Source of the DNA: Chloroflexota bacterium
GTDB taxonomy: Bacteria; Chloroflexota; Dehalococcoidia; SZUA-161
Assembly: GCA_021787935.1 (NCBI GenBank)
Contig: JAJYLC010000001.1
Coordinates: 4,598 to 68,597, forward strand
Reading direction: 5' to 3'
Length of the DNA stretch: 64,000 nt
Shown in pieces: positions 9,598 through 18,801 of the stretch. Positions within the stretch are counted from its first letter, which is position 1. Every line of letters starts with the position of its first letter. The position numbers and the translations under genes are program-made. A model generated the notes under the pieces. The model was not told the DNA's origin and searched no databases. It saw only the letters and a program-made list of their open reading frames with translations.

Positions 9598-11388
9598 TCA
9601 GGCGCTCTCCCATTCAGCCTGAATGATGGACGGGAGTTTGACAGCCCGTTCTTTCCCGCTCATGAAGTCAAGGTATCTGATGCCCTGCGGATCGATCTTC
9701 CTGATAAGTTCGAGTTCCTGCACTGTGGGTAATTTGGTAACTGGGCAATCAGAAGGTACTTCGACTTTGAATCCTGTATTATTGGCAACATCTTCTGCCT
9801 TAATACCCTTGTGCAGAGAGAGGGCTTTCCATTTGCCTCGCTCGACCATCTGCATGACACAGAGATTAGTCACCACAATCAGAGGACCAGGGCGCAGCCC
9901 CTGTGCCTTGCGTTCCTCGTCGGTAAAATAGTATCTCGTGCCCGTAATATAGTTAACCTTGGGTACAAATGTGTTTTTTGAGTGTCCGGCAAAATAGGCA
10001 ACTCCCTTTCGATGCAATCCGTAGACCACAGGTGCTCCGGCCCCTCCGGGAAGACGGATGGCGCGTGGGTTGATCTGGCCTGTTGGTTTGCCCTCTGCAT
10101 CTTTGACTGGCAGGGCTAGCCAGGAAATGTTGATGTCTCCGTTAGCATCCAGTTGCGCGCTGGAAACAGCTTCCACATCGCCCATACCTCTGAGGTGTAG
10201 TGCCTCAATGCATTCAGTCATAGACCAGAGTCCGGCCGCATACTCAGTGCACGCAGCCTCCGAGGAGTGGAAACTCAACTGGAATGGAAGAGGGTCAACA
10301 CCGCTATAACCAACGATGAAGGCATTGGGTGCGTGCGTCAGCTTGGCCAGCATGTATGCAGTGTACGCCAGTGGCGTGAACGAACCTAATATAATAGAAT
10401 CGCCATCTTCGATGGTGCGTGCCAGGCTGACCACCATCTGGTCCGCGGCATCAAACTCAAGTGCCGGTTCTTTGCTCACAGTAGAGGGAAATTCAATGTA
10501 CTTAGCATGTTTGGCCAGGCTGGAGAGTTTTCTTTTTGTTACATCCCCACCTACATTTCTTAGATACTCCTCCTCATTTTCACCAATGAGTTGCCGGATA
10601 TATTCTGGAGCCATTTTGGGGTCGCCAAGACCCTGGACATCTTTCATCATTTGCAACAGATGAGCGGAATAGTAAGGTACACAACTACAAGGAGCAGCAC
10701 CAAAGGGGCAATGGATTACCAGGTCCACTTCAGGTCTGAACAGCACGGTTGCCGTTTTATTTGTGCGAATTTGTTCTGGCGAGACAATCTCCTCCACGGT
10801 GACGATAACTGACCTGGCAGCCATTGCCATATCGAGGTCAGATGCTGACGTGCCGAAGATCTGTACATTGCCTTGCTCATCAGCCCTTTGTGCATGGATG
10901 ATCGCCACATCTGGTGATATAGCCTGTACGGCTGTAAGTTCTTTCCCGGTAAAAGGGCAAGTCACTGTTTTATATAGTTCAGGTGCTTCTTTGATGATAT
11001 CAGATCCCTTGGGCCCAGCGAATGCGGCAAAGGGCAGGCCTCTACCAGCGGCCTGTAGCCCCTTGACCATGCTGCAGCCCTCGATTTCGGTTAGTTTAAT
11101 CAATTTTCTCTCTGCGACTCTGCGGAAGTTGGGAGGCAATCCGAACGACTCCAGGCTCAAGAAGCTGAACACTAGATGGTCAACCGCACCGGCTGCCAAC
11201 AGCCATTCCATTTCCCATCCCCCAACGATAGACATCACTTTCAAACCAGTGATTTTCTGCCGGATGATTTCTCTGATGATTGCCATAGGCTTATTGCAGC
11301 TCCATCCACCCCCAATGCCCACAAAACTTCCATTTTTCACATATCCTTTGATGTCGCTCAATTTCCCCAGCTTGCTACGCAAAGTCAT
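9598..11388 (-). CDS. family I CoA-transferase, fused A/B subunits (glutaconate/3-oxoacid CoA-transferase-like)
   Basis: 596 aa. N-terminal KLSDIKGYVKNGSFVGIGGG resembles CoA-transferase subunit A. Length consistent with an A+B fusion. Confidence 0.6.
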   Translation of the reverse strand: MTLRSKLGKLSDIKGYVKNGSFVGIGGGWSCNKPMAIIREIIRQKITGLKVMSIVGGWEMEWLLAAGAVDHLVFSFLSLESFGLPPNFRRVAERKLIKLTEIEGCSMVKGLQAAGRGLPFAAFAGPKGSDIIKEAPELYKTVTCPFTGKELTAVQAISPDVAIIHAQRADEQGNVQIFGTSASDLDMAMAARSVIVTVEEIVSPEQIRTNKTATVLFRPEVDLVIHCPFGAAPCSCVPYYSAHLLQMMKDVQGLGDPKMAPEYIRQLIGENEEEYLRNVGGDVTKRKLSSLAKHAKYIEFPSTVSKEPALEFDAADQMVVSLARTIEDGDSIILGSFTPLAYTAYMLAKLTHAPNAFIVGYSGVDPLPFQLSFHSSEAACTEYAAGLWSMTECIEALHLRGMGDVEAVSSAQLDANGDINISWLALPVKDAEGKPTGQINPRAIRLPGGAGAPVVYGLHRKGVAYFAGHSKNTFVPKVNYITGTRYYFTDEERKAQGLRPGPLIVVTNLCVMQMVERGKWKALSLHKGIKAEDVANNTGFKVEVPSDCPVTKLPTVQELELIRKIDPQGIRYLDFMSGKERAVKLPSIIQAEWESA

Positions 11389-11480
11389 GTTTTGCCCTCT
11401 CTTATTTTGGATTCAGGGTGAGGTTCAGGGATATCGAAAATCGATACAAAAAGGTGCTATCATTCTAGGATTTGCGAGAC

Positions 11481-11518
11481 TGAATGTCAATCTTGAATGT
11501 ACTGAATGCTCTGAATTG
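11481..11518. promoter_or_regulatory. array of four TGAAT(G/T) direct repeats in a divergent intergenic region
   Basis: TGAATGT at 11481, TGAATGT at 11494, TGAATGC at 11503, TGAATTG at 11512 (spacing 13/9/9 bp). Lies between divergently transcribed CDS 9598-11388(-) and 11616-12605(+). Confidence 0.3.
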
Positions 11519-11615
11519 ACGAGTAATTGAGTGAGCTATATACTAATAACTACTTCTTAAGAGCTACAACGGTTCGTTTGGAGTAATCTAGAATTTAGAT
11601 AGAAAGAGAGTGAAT

Positions 11616-12605
11616 ATGGCCGAAAAGAAAAAGCGGTTTAGAGTACTCATCAGTGACCCTTTGCTTAAGGAGATGGTGAATGAGGCAAAGAAACAGTACC
11701 CGGAATACATTTCTAAGATAGATTTTGAGATTATGGAAAAAGCTGATGAACAGGAGCTTAGAGATAAGCTCCCTGGAGTTGATATTCTCATGTGCGCCAG
11801 GAGCAGGATAAACAGGAATGTGCTGGAGAAAGCGGATAAACTGTTTTTTATTCAGCAATGCAGTGCAGGATACGACAATATAGACCTCAAGGCAACAAGG
11901 GAGAAAGGTATCGATGTTTCAAATGCAGGTGGTGCCGGGGTTATTCCGGTGGCAGAGCATACGATAATGCTTATGCTGGCTATATCTAAGAACCTGATAA
12001 AGTCTGATAGAACCATGAAAGCGGGTGAATGGATATTCGGGGAGTGCGTTGGGAGGGTTTACGAACTGAGGGACAAGGTAGTGGGAATAATAGGACTGGG
12101 GAAAATCGGGGCTCAAGTAGCCCGGCTCGCCTATGCATTCGGTATGCGGATACAATACTACGATCCGTACCGAAAAGATACCAGCGACTTGGGCTTTCCT
12201 GCTAAAGCGGTATCATTGGAAGAATTACTGAAGACGTCAGACTACGTTAATATACATACTTTGTTGACACCTGAAACAAGGAGTCTCATCGGGCGAAAAC
12301 AACTGGAAATGATGAAGCCTACAGCATATTTAATAAATACCTCCAGAGGTGCTGTGGTTGATGAAGAGGCGTTGGCGGATATATTGCAGGCCAAGAAGAT
12401 AAGGGGGGCTGGGATAGATGTTTACGGAGAGCATGGTGACCCACCCCCAAAGAACAGCAGGTTGCTGAAGCAAGACAATGTGGTGCTAACGCCCCATATT
12501 GGTGGAGTTACCGCCGAGGACCTTTATCGTAACTTCTACGTTTCATCTTTGGGCAATGTTATCGCCGTGATCAAAGGGGAGAAGCCCAAATGGGTTATAA
12601 ATTAA
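11616..12605 (+). CDS. D-isomer-specific 2-hydroxyacid dehydrogenase (NAD-binding)
   Basis: Track ORF from GTG 11610; the ATG at 11616 is preferred. GLGKIGAQVARLA Rossmann motif and D-2-hydroxyacid dehydrogenase catalytic-domain similarity. Confidence 0.8.
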   Translation: MAEKKKRFRVLISDPLLKEMVNEAKKQYPEYISKIDFEIMEKADEQELRDKLPGVDILMCARSRINRNVLEKADKLFFIQQCSAGYDNIDLKATREKGIDVSNAGGAGVIPVAEHTIMLMLAISKNLIKSDRTMKAGEWIFGECVGRVYELRDKVVGIIGLGKIGAQVARLAYAFGMRIQYYDPYRKDTSDLGFPAKAVSLEELLKTSDYVNIHTLLTPETRSLIGRKQLEMMKPTAYLINTSRGAVVDEEALADILQAKKIRGAGIDVYGEHGDPPPKNSRLLKQDNVVLTPHIGGVTAEDLYRNFYVSSLGNVIAVIKGEKPKWVIN

Positions 12606-12707
12606 AAAGACTCCTGTATTCCTGACCTGGAAATAAACTCGTATATGGTGATGCAATTTATATCAGCAATTAAATGTAATTAGATATATGCAATATAGGA
12701 GGAAAGA

Positions 12708-14360
12708 ATGCTACAGACGAAAAAAGGTGACACACTCGGAACAATACTGGACCGAGTGACCGCAAAGTATCCCAAGAACGAGGCTATGATCCATGGCAGC
12801 GCAAGGATAACCTATGACACGTACATGGATAAGGTGAACTCGATAGCCAACGCCTTGCTGAAGCTGAGCGTGAAGAAGGATGACAAAGTATCCATCTGGA
12901 TGAGCAATAAGCCTGAGTGGGTCTACGCTCATTTCGCGGCAGTGAAAATAGGTGCGCCTGTCATACCGCTAAGCACTCGATACAAGACGCATGAACTCGA
13001 ATATATTCTCAAGAAGTCTGATACTACTACCCTCTTCATGATGGAACGTTTTCTAAAACTGGACTATATTCCTATGATTTACGAGCTATGTCCAGAACTT
13101 AAGACATGCAAGCCCGGAGACCTGCGAAGCGAAAGATTCCCGCTACTTAAGCGGATTATCATATTGAGTGAAAAAAGCTATGACGGAATGCTGGATTATT
13201 ACAAGGTACTGGAGTCTGGAAAGGATTATTTGAACAGCGCTGCATTGAAAAAAGCCCAACAGGCCATCAAGCCCGAGGATGTCTACATAATCCCATTTAC
13301 CTCGGGTACGACTGGTTTCCCCAAAGGAGTGGTTACCACCCATTCCCAGTATATAGGAGTCATAGAAGGCTTCAGTGAAAGATTCCAGATGACTGATAAG
13401 GATCGCATTCTGGTTGTATCCCCATTCAATAATAACATGGGTAATATGACCGGTCTTACGCTGGGAGCACTACACGGGGCCTGCATTCTACCTATGGAAA
13501 GCTTCGATCCAGGAGAGGCTCTGAGGCTGATAGATGAGGAAAAGGCTACGAACTTCACAGGCGCTCCAACGATGTATATTATGATGCTCGATCACCCTGA
13601 CTTCCCCAAGCGAAATACTAAGTCTATAAAAAGTGCCATAATCGGCGGAGCCGATGTTTCTCCCGATTTGGTAAAGACTATTATCGAAAAGATGGGCATA
13701 AAAGACATGATAGCCGGCTATGGCATGACCGAAAACACCGGTATCAGCACCTGTACAAGGCGAGGAGACCCGCCCGAGTTGGTCGCAAATACTGCTGGCA
13801 AGCTCATGTTCAAAGGTTGTGATCTAAGGATTTTCGATCCTGATACTGATAAAGAAGTACCCCGGGGCACCCAGGGTGAGATTCGTACAAAGGGCTGGTT
13901 TGTAATGAAAGAGTATTACAAGATGCCCGAAGAAACTGCAAAAGCCTTTGATAAGAGCGGCTGGTTCCACACCGGCGACCTGGGCGTGATGGATGAAAAG
14001 GGATATATAAAGATCACCGGCCGTTTGAAAGATATGTATATTTCAGGCGGTGTAAACGCATATCCTGCGGAGATAGAGAGCTTCCTTTATACACACCCAA
14101 AGGTGGCAATGGTTGCCGTATTTGGTGTGCCAGATAGGAGGATGGGTGAGGTAGGCGCAGCCTTCATAAAATTGAAGGATGGCCAAACTGCAACAGAGGA
14201 AGAGATTATAGCGTTTTCTAAAGAAAGGTTGGCCAATTACAAAGTCCCCAAGTATATAAAATTTGTAAAAGATTTTCCCATGACCCTTACAGGAAAGGTT
14301 CAGAAGTTTGTGCTAAAAGAACAAATCGTGAAGGAATTGGCGCTGGATAAGCAGCAATAA
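12708..14360 (+). CDS. AMP-dependent acyl-CoA synthetase/ligase
   Basis: 550 aa; AMP-binding motifs (PFTSGTTGFPKGV; YGMTE; GWFHTGDLG…ITGRLKD). Confidence 0.85.
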   Translation: MLQTKKGDTLGTILDRVTAKYPKNEAMIHGSARITYDTYMDKVNSIANALLKLSVKKDDKVSIWMSNKPEWVYAHFAAVKIGAPVIPLSTRYKTHELEYILKKSDTTTLFMMERFLKLDYIPMIYELCPELKTCKPGDLRSERFPLLKRIIILSEKSYDGMLDYYKVLESGKDYLNSAALKKAQQAIKPEDVYIIPFTSGTTGFPKGVVTTHSQYIGVIEGFSERFQMTDKDRILVVSPFNNNMGNMTGLTLGALHGACILPMESFDPGEALRLIDEEKATNFTGAPTMYIMMLDHPDFPKRNTKSIKSAIIGGADVSPDLVKTIIEKMGIKDMIAGYGMTENTGISTCTRRGDPPELVANTAGKLMFKGCDLRIFDPDTDKEVPRGTQGEIRTKGWFVMKEYYKMPEETAKAFDKSGWFHTGDLGVMDEKGYIKITGRLKDMYISGGVNAYPAEIESFLYTHPKVAMVAVFGVPDRRMGEVGAAFIKLKDGQTATEEEIIAFSKERLANYKVPKYIKFVKDFPMTLTGKVQKFVLKEQIVKELALDKQQ

Positions 14361-14528
14361 CTTCCGATTCTTGCTGAAATATGCTCAGTTCTGCGGCCAT
14401 TCAATGGAGAGCTGGGACTTTTGGAAATTGGCACCGCGGTACATTGTGCGTAGTTTTCAACTGAGTCTTTGTCGCAGGCTTATATCTGGATTTCGCATGA
14501 CTGGATAACAAAAAAGGGAGGGACAAGA

Positions 14529-15653
14529 GTGAATTTCAATCTAACTGAGCAGCAGGAGATGTTCCAGAAGTCAGTCAGGAGATTTGCTGAAGCTGAGTTA
14601 ACGCCGCTGATAGATGTGATGGACAAAGAGAATAGATATCCCTTCGAAATACGGCCGAAATTGGTTGCGATGAACCTCCTGGGGATCCCGTTCGACCCGA
14701 AATATGGCGGAGCCGGTGCGGACTATGCAAGCCTGGCTCTAGCTATGGAAGAGGTAGCGAAGGTATTGGCTCCCATGGCTATATCCATGCAAGTAGGAAA
14801 CGTCACTGCTGACAGATTCAATAAACTTGGCACCGAAGAACAGAAAAGAGAATTCATGATTCCGATCTGTGAAGGGAAGAGAGTCGTCTGCTTTGCATTC
14901 ACGGAGCCGGATACAGGCTCGAATCCCAAAATGATTAAAACAACGGCAAAATCGGCGGGCGATGGCTATGTAGTGAACGGCATTAAAAGATTCATCACGC
15001 ATGGGACGTTTGCTGACGCAGCATTAATCTTTGCTAAAGACGACGACGGAGACATCAGCCTATTCATAGTTGAAACGGATCGGAAGGGATTCTCTACTGA
15101 CAAGAAGATGGACAAATTGGGTCTGAGGGGAACGGAACTCTGCGACCTGATAATGAATGATGTTCATATACCTAAAAAGAATATTTTGGGAGGCAAAGGC
15201 AAGAAATTCGATGCTTTGAAGGATGCAATGACGATAGGCAAATTGTGTTTAAGTGCCCAGTGTGTTGGGCTAATGCAGGCTTCCCTGACAGAAGCCATTA
15301 GATACTCGGTGCATCGAATGCATTTCGACCATCCCATATTCGACCTGCAGGCTATTCACTGGCTACTTGCCGAGATGGCATCCAGACTGGAGGCAGCGCG
15401 CTGGCTCACTTACCGGGCTGCTTTCTTGAAAGACCAGGGTATGGACACCATAAAAGACATGGCAATGACCAAGTTATTTGTCACCTCAACGGCGGTAGAC
15501 GTGGTTAGATGGGGAATGCAAGTTCACGGCGCTTACGGTATTAGCAAAGAATATAAGATCGAGCGACTCTTTAGAGACGCTAAGATGTATGAGCTGCTTG
15601 AGGGCACTTCTGAGATACAACGGGAATTGATAGTTAAGCGTTTACCCAGGTAA
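14529..15653 (+). CDS. acyl-CoA dehydrogenase
   Basis: Track ORF starts at 14469. GGGAGGG RBS at 14514-14520 then GTG at 14529 gives VNFNLTEQQEMF…, the typical ACAD N-terminus. C-terminal …YEGTSEIQR… motif. Confidence 0.8.
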   Translation: MNFNLTEQQEMFQKSVRRFAEAELTPLIDVMDKENRYPFEIRPKLVAMNLLGIPFDPKYGGAGADYASLALAMEEVAKVLAPMAISMQVGNVTADRFNKLGTEEQKREFMIPICEGKRVVCFAFTEPDTGSNPKMIKTTAKSAGDGYVVNGIKRFITHGTFADAALIFAKDDDGDISLFIVETDRKGFSTDKKMDKLGLRGTELCDLIMNDVHIPKKNILGGKGKKFDALKDAMTIGKLCLSAQCVGLMQASLTEAIRYSVHRMHFDHPIFDLQAIHWLLAEMASRLEAARWLTYRAAFLKDQGMDTIKDMAMTKLFVTSTAVDVVRWGMQVHGAYGISKEYKIERLFRDAKMYELLEGTSEIQRELIVKRLPR

Positions 15654-15728
15654 CAAGTCTGTACGAGCAGCTTTGGGTCTACCACGGTAATGACATAGCG
15701 CTAACTGAACCGATGGGCCAGACAAAAC

Positions 15729-16946
15729 CTAGTCCACTTTAATTATGGCAGCATTGGCCTGGCCTAATCCTCCGCATATAGCACCCAAGGCATAGCCACC
15801 GCCTCTCCTCTGGAGCTCGTACATCAGGTTCATTATAATCCTGGCACCACTGGCTGTGTTGGGATGTCCTATAGCGATGGCACTTCCGTTAATATTTGTC
15901 CTGTCTCTTATATTTTGTAATTTCTTTTTGTCATCCCCAGCTATTAGCTTTGTAGAGACCAGAGGGACACAGGCGAAAGCTTCATTTATCTCCATAACAG
16001 ATAAATCATCAATACTCAGTTGGGCTTTCTTAAGCACACGCTGTATGGCATGGCCCGGCGCCTCAGCGATTCGGCTGGCTGAAATAGCAATCGATACTTG
16101 AGCAACCAGAGTTGCCAAAGGTGTAAGCCCGAGGTCTTCAGCCCGTCTCCGTGTCATCAAAAGAATTGCAGCAGCTCCGTCGTTCATCCCGGGAGCATTA
16201 CCGGCAGTGATAGCTCGAGTATTGTATATAGTCTTCAGCTTCGAGAGTCTCTCCAGGCTAGTATCAGACCGATATTGTTCATCAATGTTTAATAATTTAG
16301 ACACTCCACCCGGTTGCTGTATATTGAGCGATATTAACTCATCCTTAAATTTGCCGGCATTCCAGGCATCGCCATAGTTAACATGGCTTCGTAGAGCCCA
16401 TTCGTCCTGCTCACGTCTCTCTATTCCATACTCGGCGGCTACATTATCAGCATCAACAGCTACCGGATTAAAATCATTATAACCCAGCGCCTGCAGGGGG
16501 TCTTCCATCTTTACATCCCCTAGCCGATAGCCGCCGAATCGTAATCCTCTGACAATAAGAGGTTCCTGACTAAAAGAGGTGGCACCACCGGCAATGGCCA
16601 CATCGATTTCTCCCGAGGCAATGGTCATAGCAGCAAGTTTGACGGCATGCATTGCGGAAACACATGCCATGTCAAACGATATAGACGAAGTCTCATGAGG
16701 AAGTCCTGCCTTGATGAGCGACTGTCTGGCAGCAACAGGTGTGAAAGGGTCTTTACACGGCGACGTATCCCCTACCCCCCAGAAAACCCAGTCTACGGCA
16801 TCCGGGTTGATTTTAACTCGATTGAGCACCTCTTTGATCGGGATTGCCCCCAAGTCATAATAATCGAAGTCCTTGAGCATGCCACCGTATCTTCCAAAAG
16901 GTGTCCTGGCAGCACTGACTATAACTACATTATTTTCACCAGGCAC
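15729..16946 (-). CDS. acetyl-CoA C-acyltransferase (thiolase)
   Basis: 405 aa; thiolase N-terminal VIVSAARTPFGRYGG and C-terminal GLGQANAAII-like motifs. Confidence 0.85.
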   Translation of the reverse strand: MPGENNVVIVSAARTPFGRYGGMLKDFDYYDLGAIPIKEVLNRVKINPDAVDWVFWGVGDTSPCKDPFTPVAARQSLIKAGLPHETSSISFDMACVSAMHAVKLAAMTIASGEIDVAIAGGATSFSQEPLIVRGLRFGGYRLGDVKMEDPLQALGYNDFNPVAVDADNVAAEYGIERREQDEWALRSHVNYGDAWNAGKFKDELISLNIQQPGGVSKLLNIDEQYRSDTSLERLSKLKTIYNTRAITAGNAPGMNDGAAAILLMTRRRAEDLGLTPLATLVAQVSIAISASRIAEAPGHAIQRVLKKAQLSIDDLSVMEINEAFACVPLVSTKLIAGDDKKKLQNIRDRTNINGSAIAIGHPNTASGARIIMNLMYELQRRGGGYALGAICGGLGQANAAIIKVD

Positions 16947-17001
16947 TGTCTTACTCCGGTTGTTTAACTTCTTTTGAGAACAACCCTCACTTCAGTGATG
17001 A

Positions 17002-17862
17002 CTACGCAGAATAGCTGTAAAACCCTTTGCCGCTCTTTCTCCCCAGATGACCGGCTCGAACCATTTGTCGCAGCAGCAACGGCGGACGATATTTGGGATC
17101 GCTATACTCTCTGTACAGGTTTTCCATAACGTAAAGAAGTGTGTCCAATCCCACGAAATCCGCTAACTCCAAGGGGCCCATGGGGTGATTCATCCCCAGC
17201 CTCATGCTTTTATCGATATCCTCGGCGCTGGCTATGCCTTCAGCAAATGCATGAATCGCCTCATTCATCAGGACGGCAATAAATCTGCTGGTAGCAAAAC
17301 CCGGCGTGTCAGAAACGACTATCGGCGTTTTCCCCATCTTAACTGATAACTCTTCTATGGATTTAATGGTTTCCTCGCTAGTGCTGTATCCTCGAACTAT
17401 CTCCACTAGCTGCATCATAGGTACTGGGTTCATGAAATGCATGCCTATAAACCGGTCTGCTCTCTTGGTGGCGGATGCCATCTCAGTGATGCTCAGGCCC
17501 GAGGTGTTAGAGGCGAAAATAACGTGAGATGGACTCTCGTTGTCTATGGCTTTGAAGGTTTCTTTTTTGAGGGACAATATCTCTGGGATTGCCTCTATTA
17601 CGACATCAACATCTCTAACAGCTTCAATCAGCTTGTTTGTACATTTGATCCTTGACAGGGCAGTATCTGTGTCGGCTTGGGTAATCTTTCCCTTTTTAAC
17701 CATGCGCCCCAGGCTCTGCTTAACAGCAGCCATGCCTTTCTCAAGAAACTTATCCTCGATATCTCTCAACTTCACCTCGAGACCGGCTTGGGCTGCAACC
17801 TGGGCGATACCTGCACCCATAAGCCCTGCGCCCAACACACATACCTTACGTATTGCTGCCAT
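17002..17862 (-). CDS. 3-hydroxyacyl-CoA (3-hydroxybutyryl-CoA) dehydrogenase
   Basis: 286 aa; N-terminal VCVLGAGLMGAGIAQV Rossmann motif; HBD family. Confidence 0.85.
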   Translation of the reverse strand: MAAIRKVCVLGAGLMGAGIAQVAAQAGLEVKLRDIEDKFLEKGMAAVKQSLGRMVKKGKITQADTDTALSRIKCTNKLIEAVRDVDVVIEAIPEILSLKKETFKAIDNESPSHVIFASNTSGLSITEMASATKRADRFIGMHFMNPVPMMQLVEIVRGYSTSEETIKSIEELSVKMGKTPIVVSDTPGFATSRFIAVLMNEAIHAFAEGIASAEDIDKSMRLGMNHPMGPLELADFVGLDTLLYVMENLYREYSDPKYRPPLLLRQMVRAGHLGRKSGKGFYSYSA

Positions 17863-17962
17863 TATGCCCCTTTTGCCGGAATTATAGCAGCTTGAACGTG
17901 CGCCTGCAATTTCACATTCTCGTTATTCTCAGTAGCAGGTGAACAACAATCAATAGGATGTT

Positions 17963-17990
17963 TTGACTTCAAAACATGCTGTGTTATAAT
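17963..17990 (+). promoter_or_regulatory. sigma70-like promoter for the tRNA operon
   Basis: TTGACT (17963-17968), 16-bp spacer, TGT-TATAAT extended -10 (17982-17990). Lies about 24 nt upstream of tRNA-Trp. Confidence 0.45.
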
Positions 17991-18013
17991 CTGAAAACTG
18001 GGGCTGTGCAAAC

Positions 18014-18090
18014 AGGGGTGTAGCTCAGTCAGGTAGAGCGGCGGTCTCCAAAACCGTTGGTCGTGGGTTCGAATCCTGCCACCCCTGCCA
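18014..18090 (+). tRNA. tRNA-Trp (anticodon CCA)
   Basis: Cloverleaf folded by hand. Acceptor AGGGGTG/CACCCCT, D-loop with GG, anticodon loop CTCCAAA, T-loop TTCGAAT, discriminator G plus encoded CCA. Nearly identical in layout to E. coli tRNA-Trp. Confidence 0.85.
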
Positions 18091-18093
18091 TTT

Positions 18094-18181
18094 GCCGAGG
18101 TGGTGGAACCTGGTAGACACGCCATCTTGAGGGGGTGGTGAGCGAAAGCTCGTAGGAGTTCAAATCTCCTCCTCGGCACCA
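18094..18181 (+). tRNA. tRNA-Leu (anticodon GAG), long variable arm
   Basis: Acceptor GCCGAGG/CCTCGGC; anticodon stem CCATC/GGTGG with loop TTGAGGG; long variable arm TGAGCGAAAGCTCGT; T-loop TTCAAAT; ACCA end. Confidence 0.8.
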
Positions 18182-18205
18182 TGCTATAATAGTAACGTGA
18201 AGCGA

Positions 18206-18280
18206 GCGGAAGTAGTTCAGCGGTAGAATGCCTCCTTGCCAAGGAGGAGGTCGCGAGTTCGAATCTCGTCTTCCGCTCCA
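18206..18280 (+). tRNA. tRNA-Gly (anticodon GCC)
   Basis: Acceptor GCGGAAG/CTTCCGC; anticodon stem CCTCC/GGAGG with loop TTGCCAA; T-loop TTCGAAT; encoded CCA. Confidence 0.85.
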
Positions 18281-18282
18281 AT

Positions 18283-18354
18283 GGCGACGTAGCCAAGTGG
18301 TAAGGCGGGGGTCTGCAAAACCCCTATTCAGCGGTTCGAATCCGCTCGTCGCCT
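18283..18354 (+). tRNA. tRNA-Cys (anticodon GCA)
   Basis: Acceptor GGCGACG/CGTCGCC; 3-bp D-stem typical of tRNA-Cys; anticodon stem GGGGT/ACCCC with loop CTGCAAA; T-arm AGCGG-TTCGAAT-CCGCT; no encoded CCA. Confidence 0.85.
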
Positions 18355-18356
18355 CT
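18313..18356 (+). repeat. 44-bp direct repeat copy 1 (3' half of tRNA-Cys from the anticodon loop to 2 nt past the gene; putative attL)
   Basis: ctgcaaaacccctattcagcggttcgaatccgctcgtcgcctct is identical to 22750-22793. Confidence 0.8.
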
Positions 18357-18730
18357 CACATAAGGCCCATCTTACCCAGTATCCCTTTGACATGTGTGAA
18401 GATAGACACATCTTCTTTCATATCCCACCAGATAAACTTGTCAAGCTCGTGTCCTATGAGGCGTGGTTGACCTCGTGCTTCGACCAAGCAGACTTTATGA
18501 AGGCTGGCATAACCTTTGAAGTCGCAATCTCGCAACCGCGTTATTTTGGTTGGACTCAATCCCAGTTCCTCAAACAACTCCCTGCCAGCGGCACTTGCAG
18601 CAGGTTCATTCTCTTTTATTCCCCCGCCGGGCAACGAGAAGCGACGCCTACCTCTGTCTCGAACAAGCAGAACCTTGCTATCTCTTATTACGACTGCAGT
18701 ACCCCGTTGGCGTAGGTGGCGATTATTCAT
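18356..18730 (-). CDS. NUDIX hydrolase
   Basis: 124 aa; Nudix box GGGIKENEPAASAAGRELFEELGL (GX5EX7REUXEEXGU pattern). Confidence 0.7.
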   Translation of the reverse strand: MNNRHLRQRGTAVVIRDSKVLLVRDRGRRRFSLPGGGIKENEPAASAAGRELFEELGLSPTKITRLRDCDFKGYASLHKVCLVEARGQPRLIGHELDKFIWWDMKEDVSIFTHVKGILGKMGLM

Positions 18731-18801
18731 ATGGGCACCTTGCGTTTGTTGCGGTATCCTACAGCAATATGTACCAACATTTGAGTTTATCCATAGAGGT
18801 T

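Noticed and set aside
10763-11530. 255-aa plus-strand ORF
   Set aside because: Lies entirely antisense to the well-supported 596-aa CoA-transferase gene; no motifs; treated as a shadow ORF.
17862-18296. 144-aa minus-strand ORF (and 18228-18470 plus-strand ORF) across the tRNA cluster
   Set aside because: They overlap four well-formed tRNA genes on the opposite or same strand. The low-complexity R/S-rich translation is typical of spurious ORFs through structured RNA genes.
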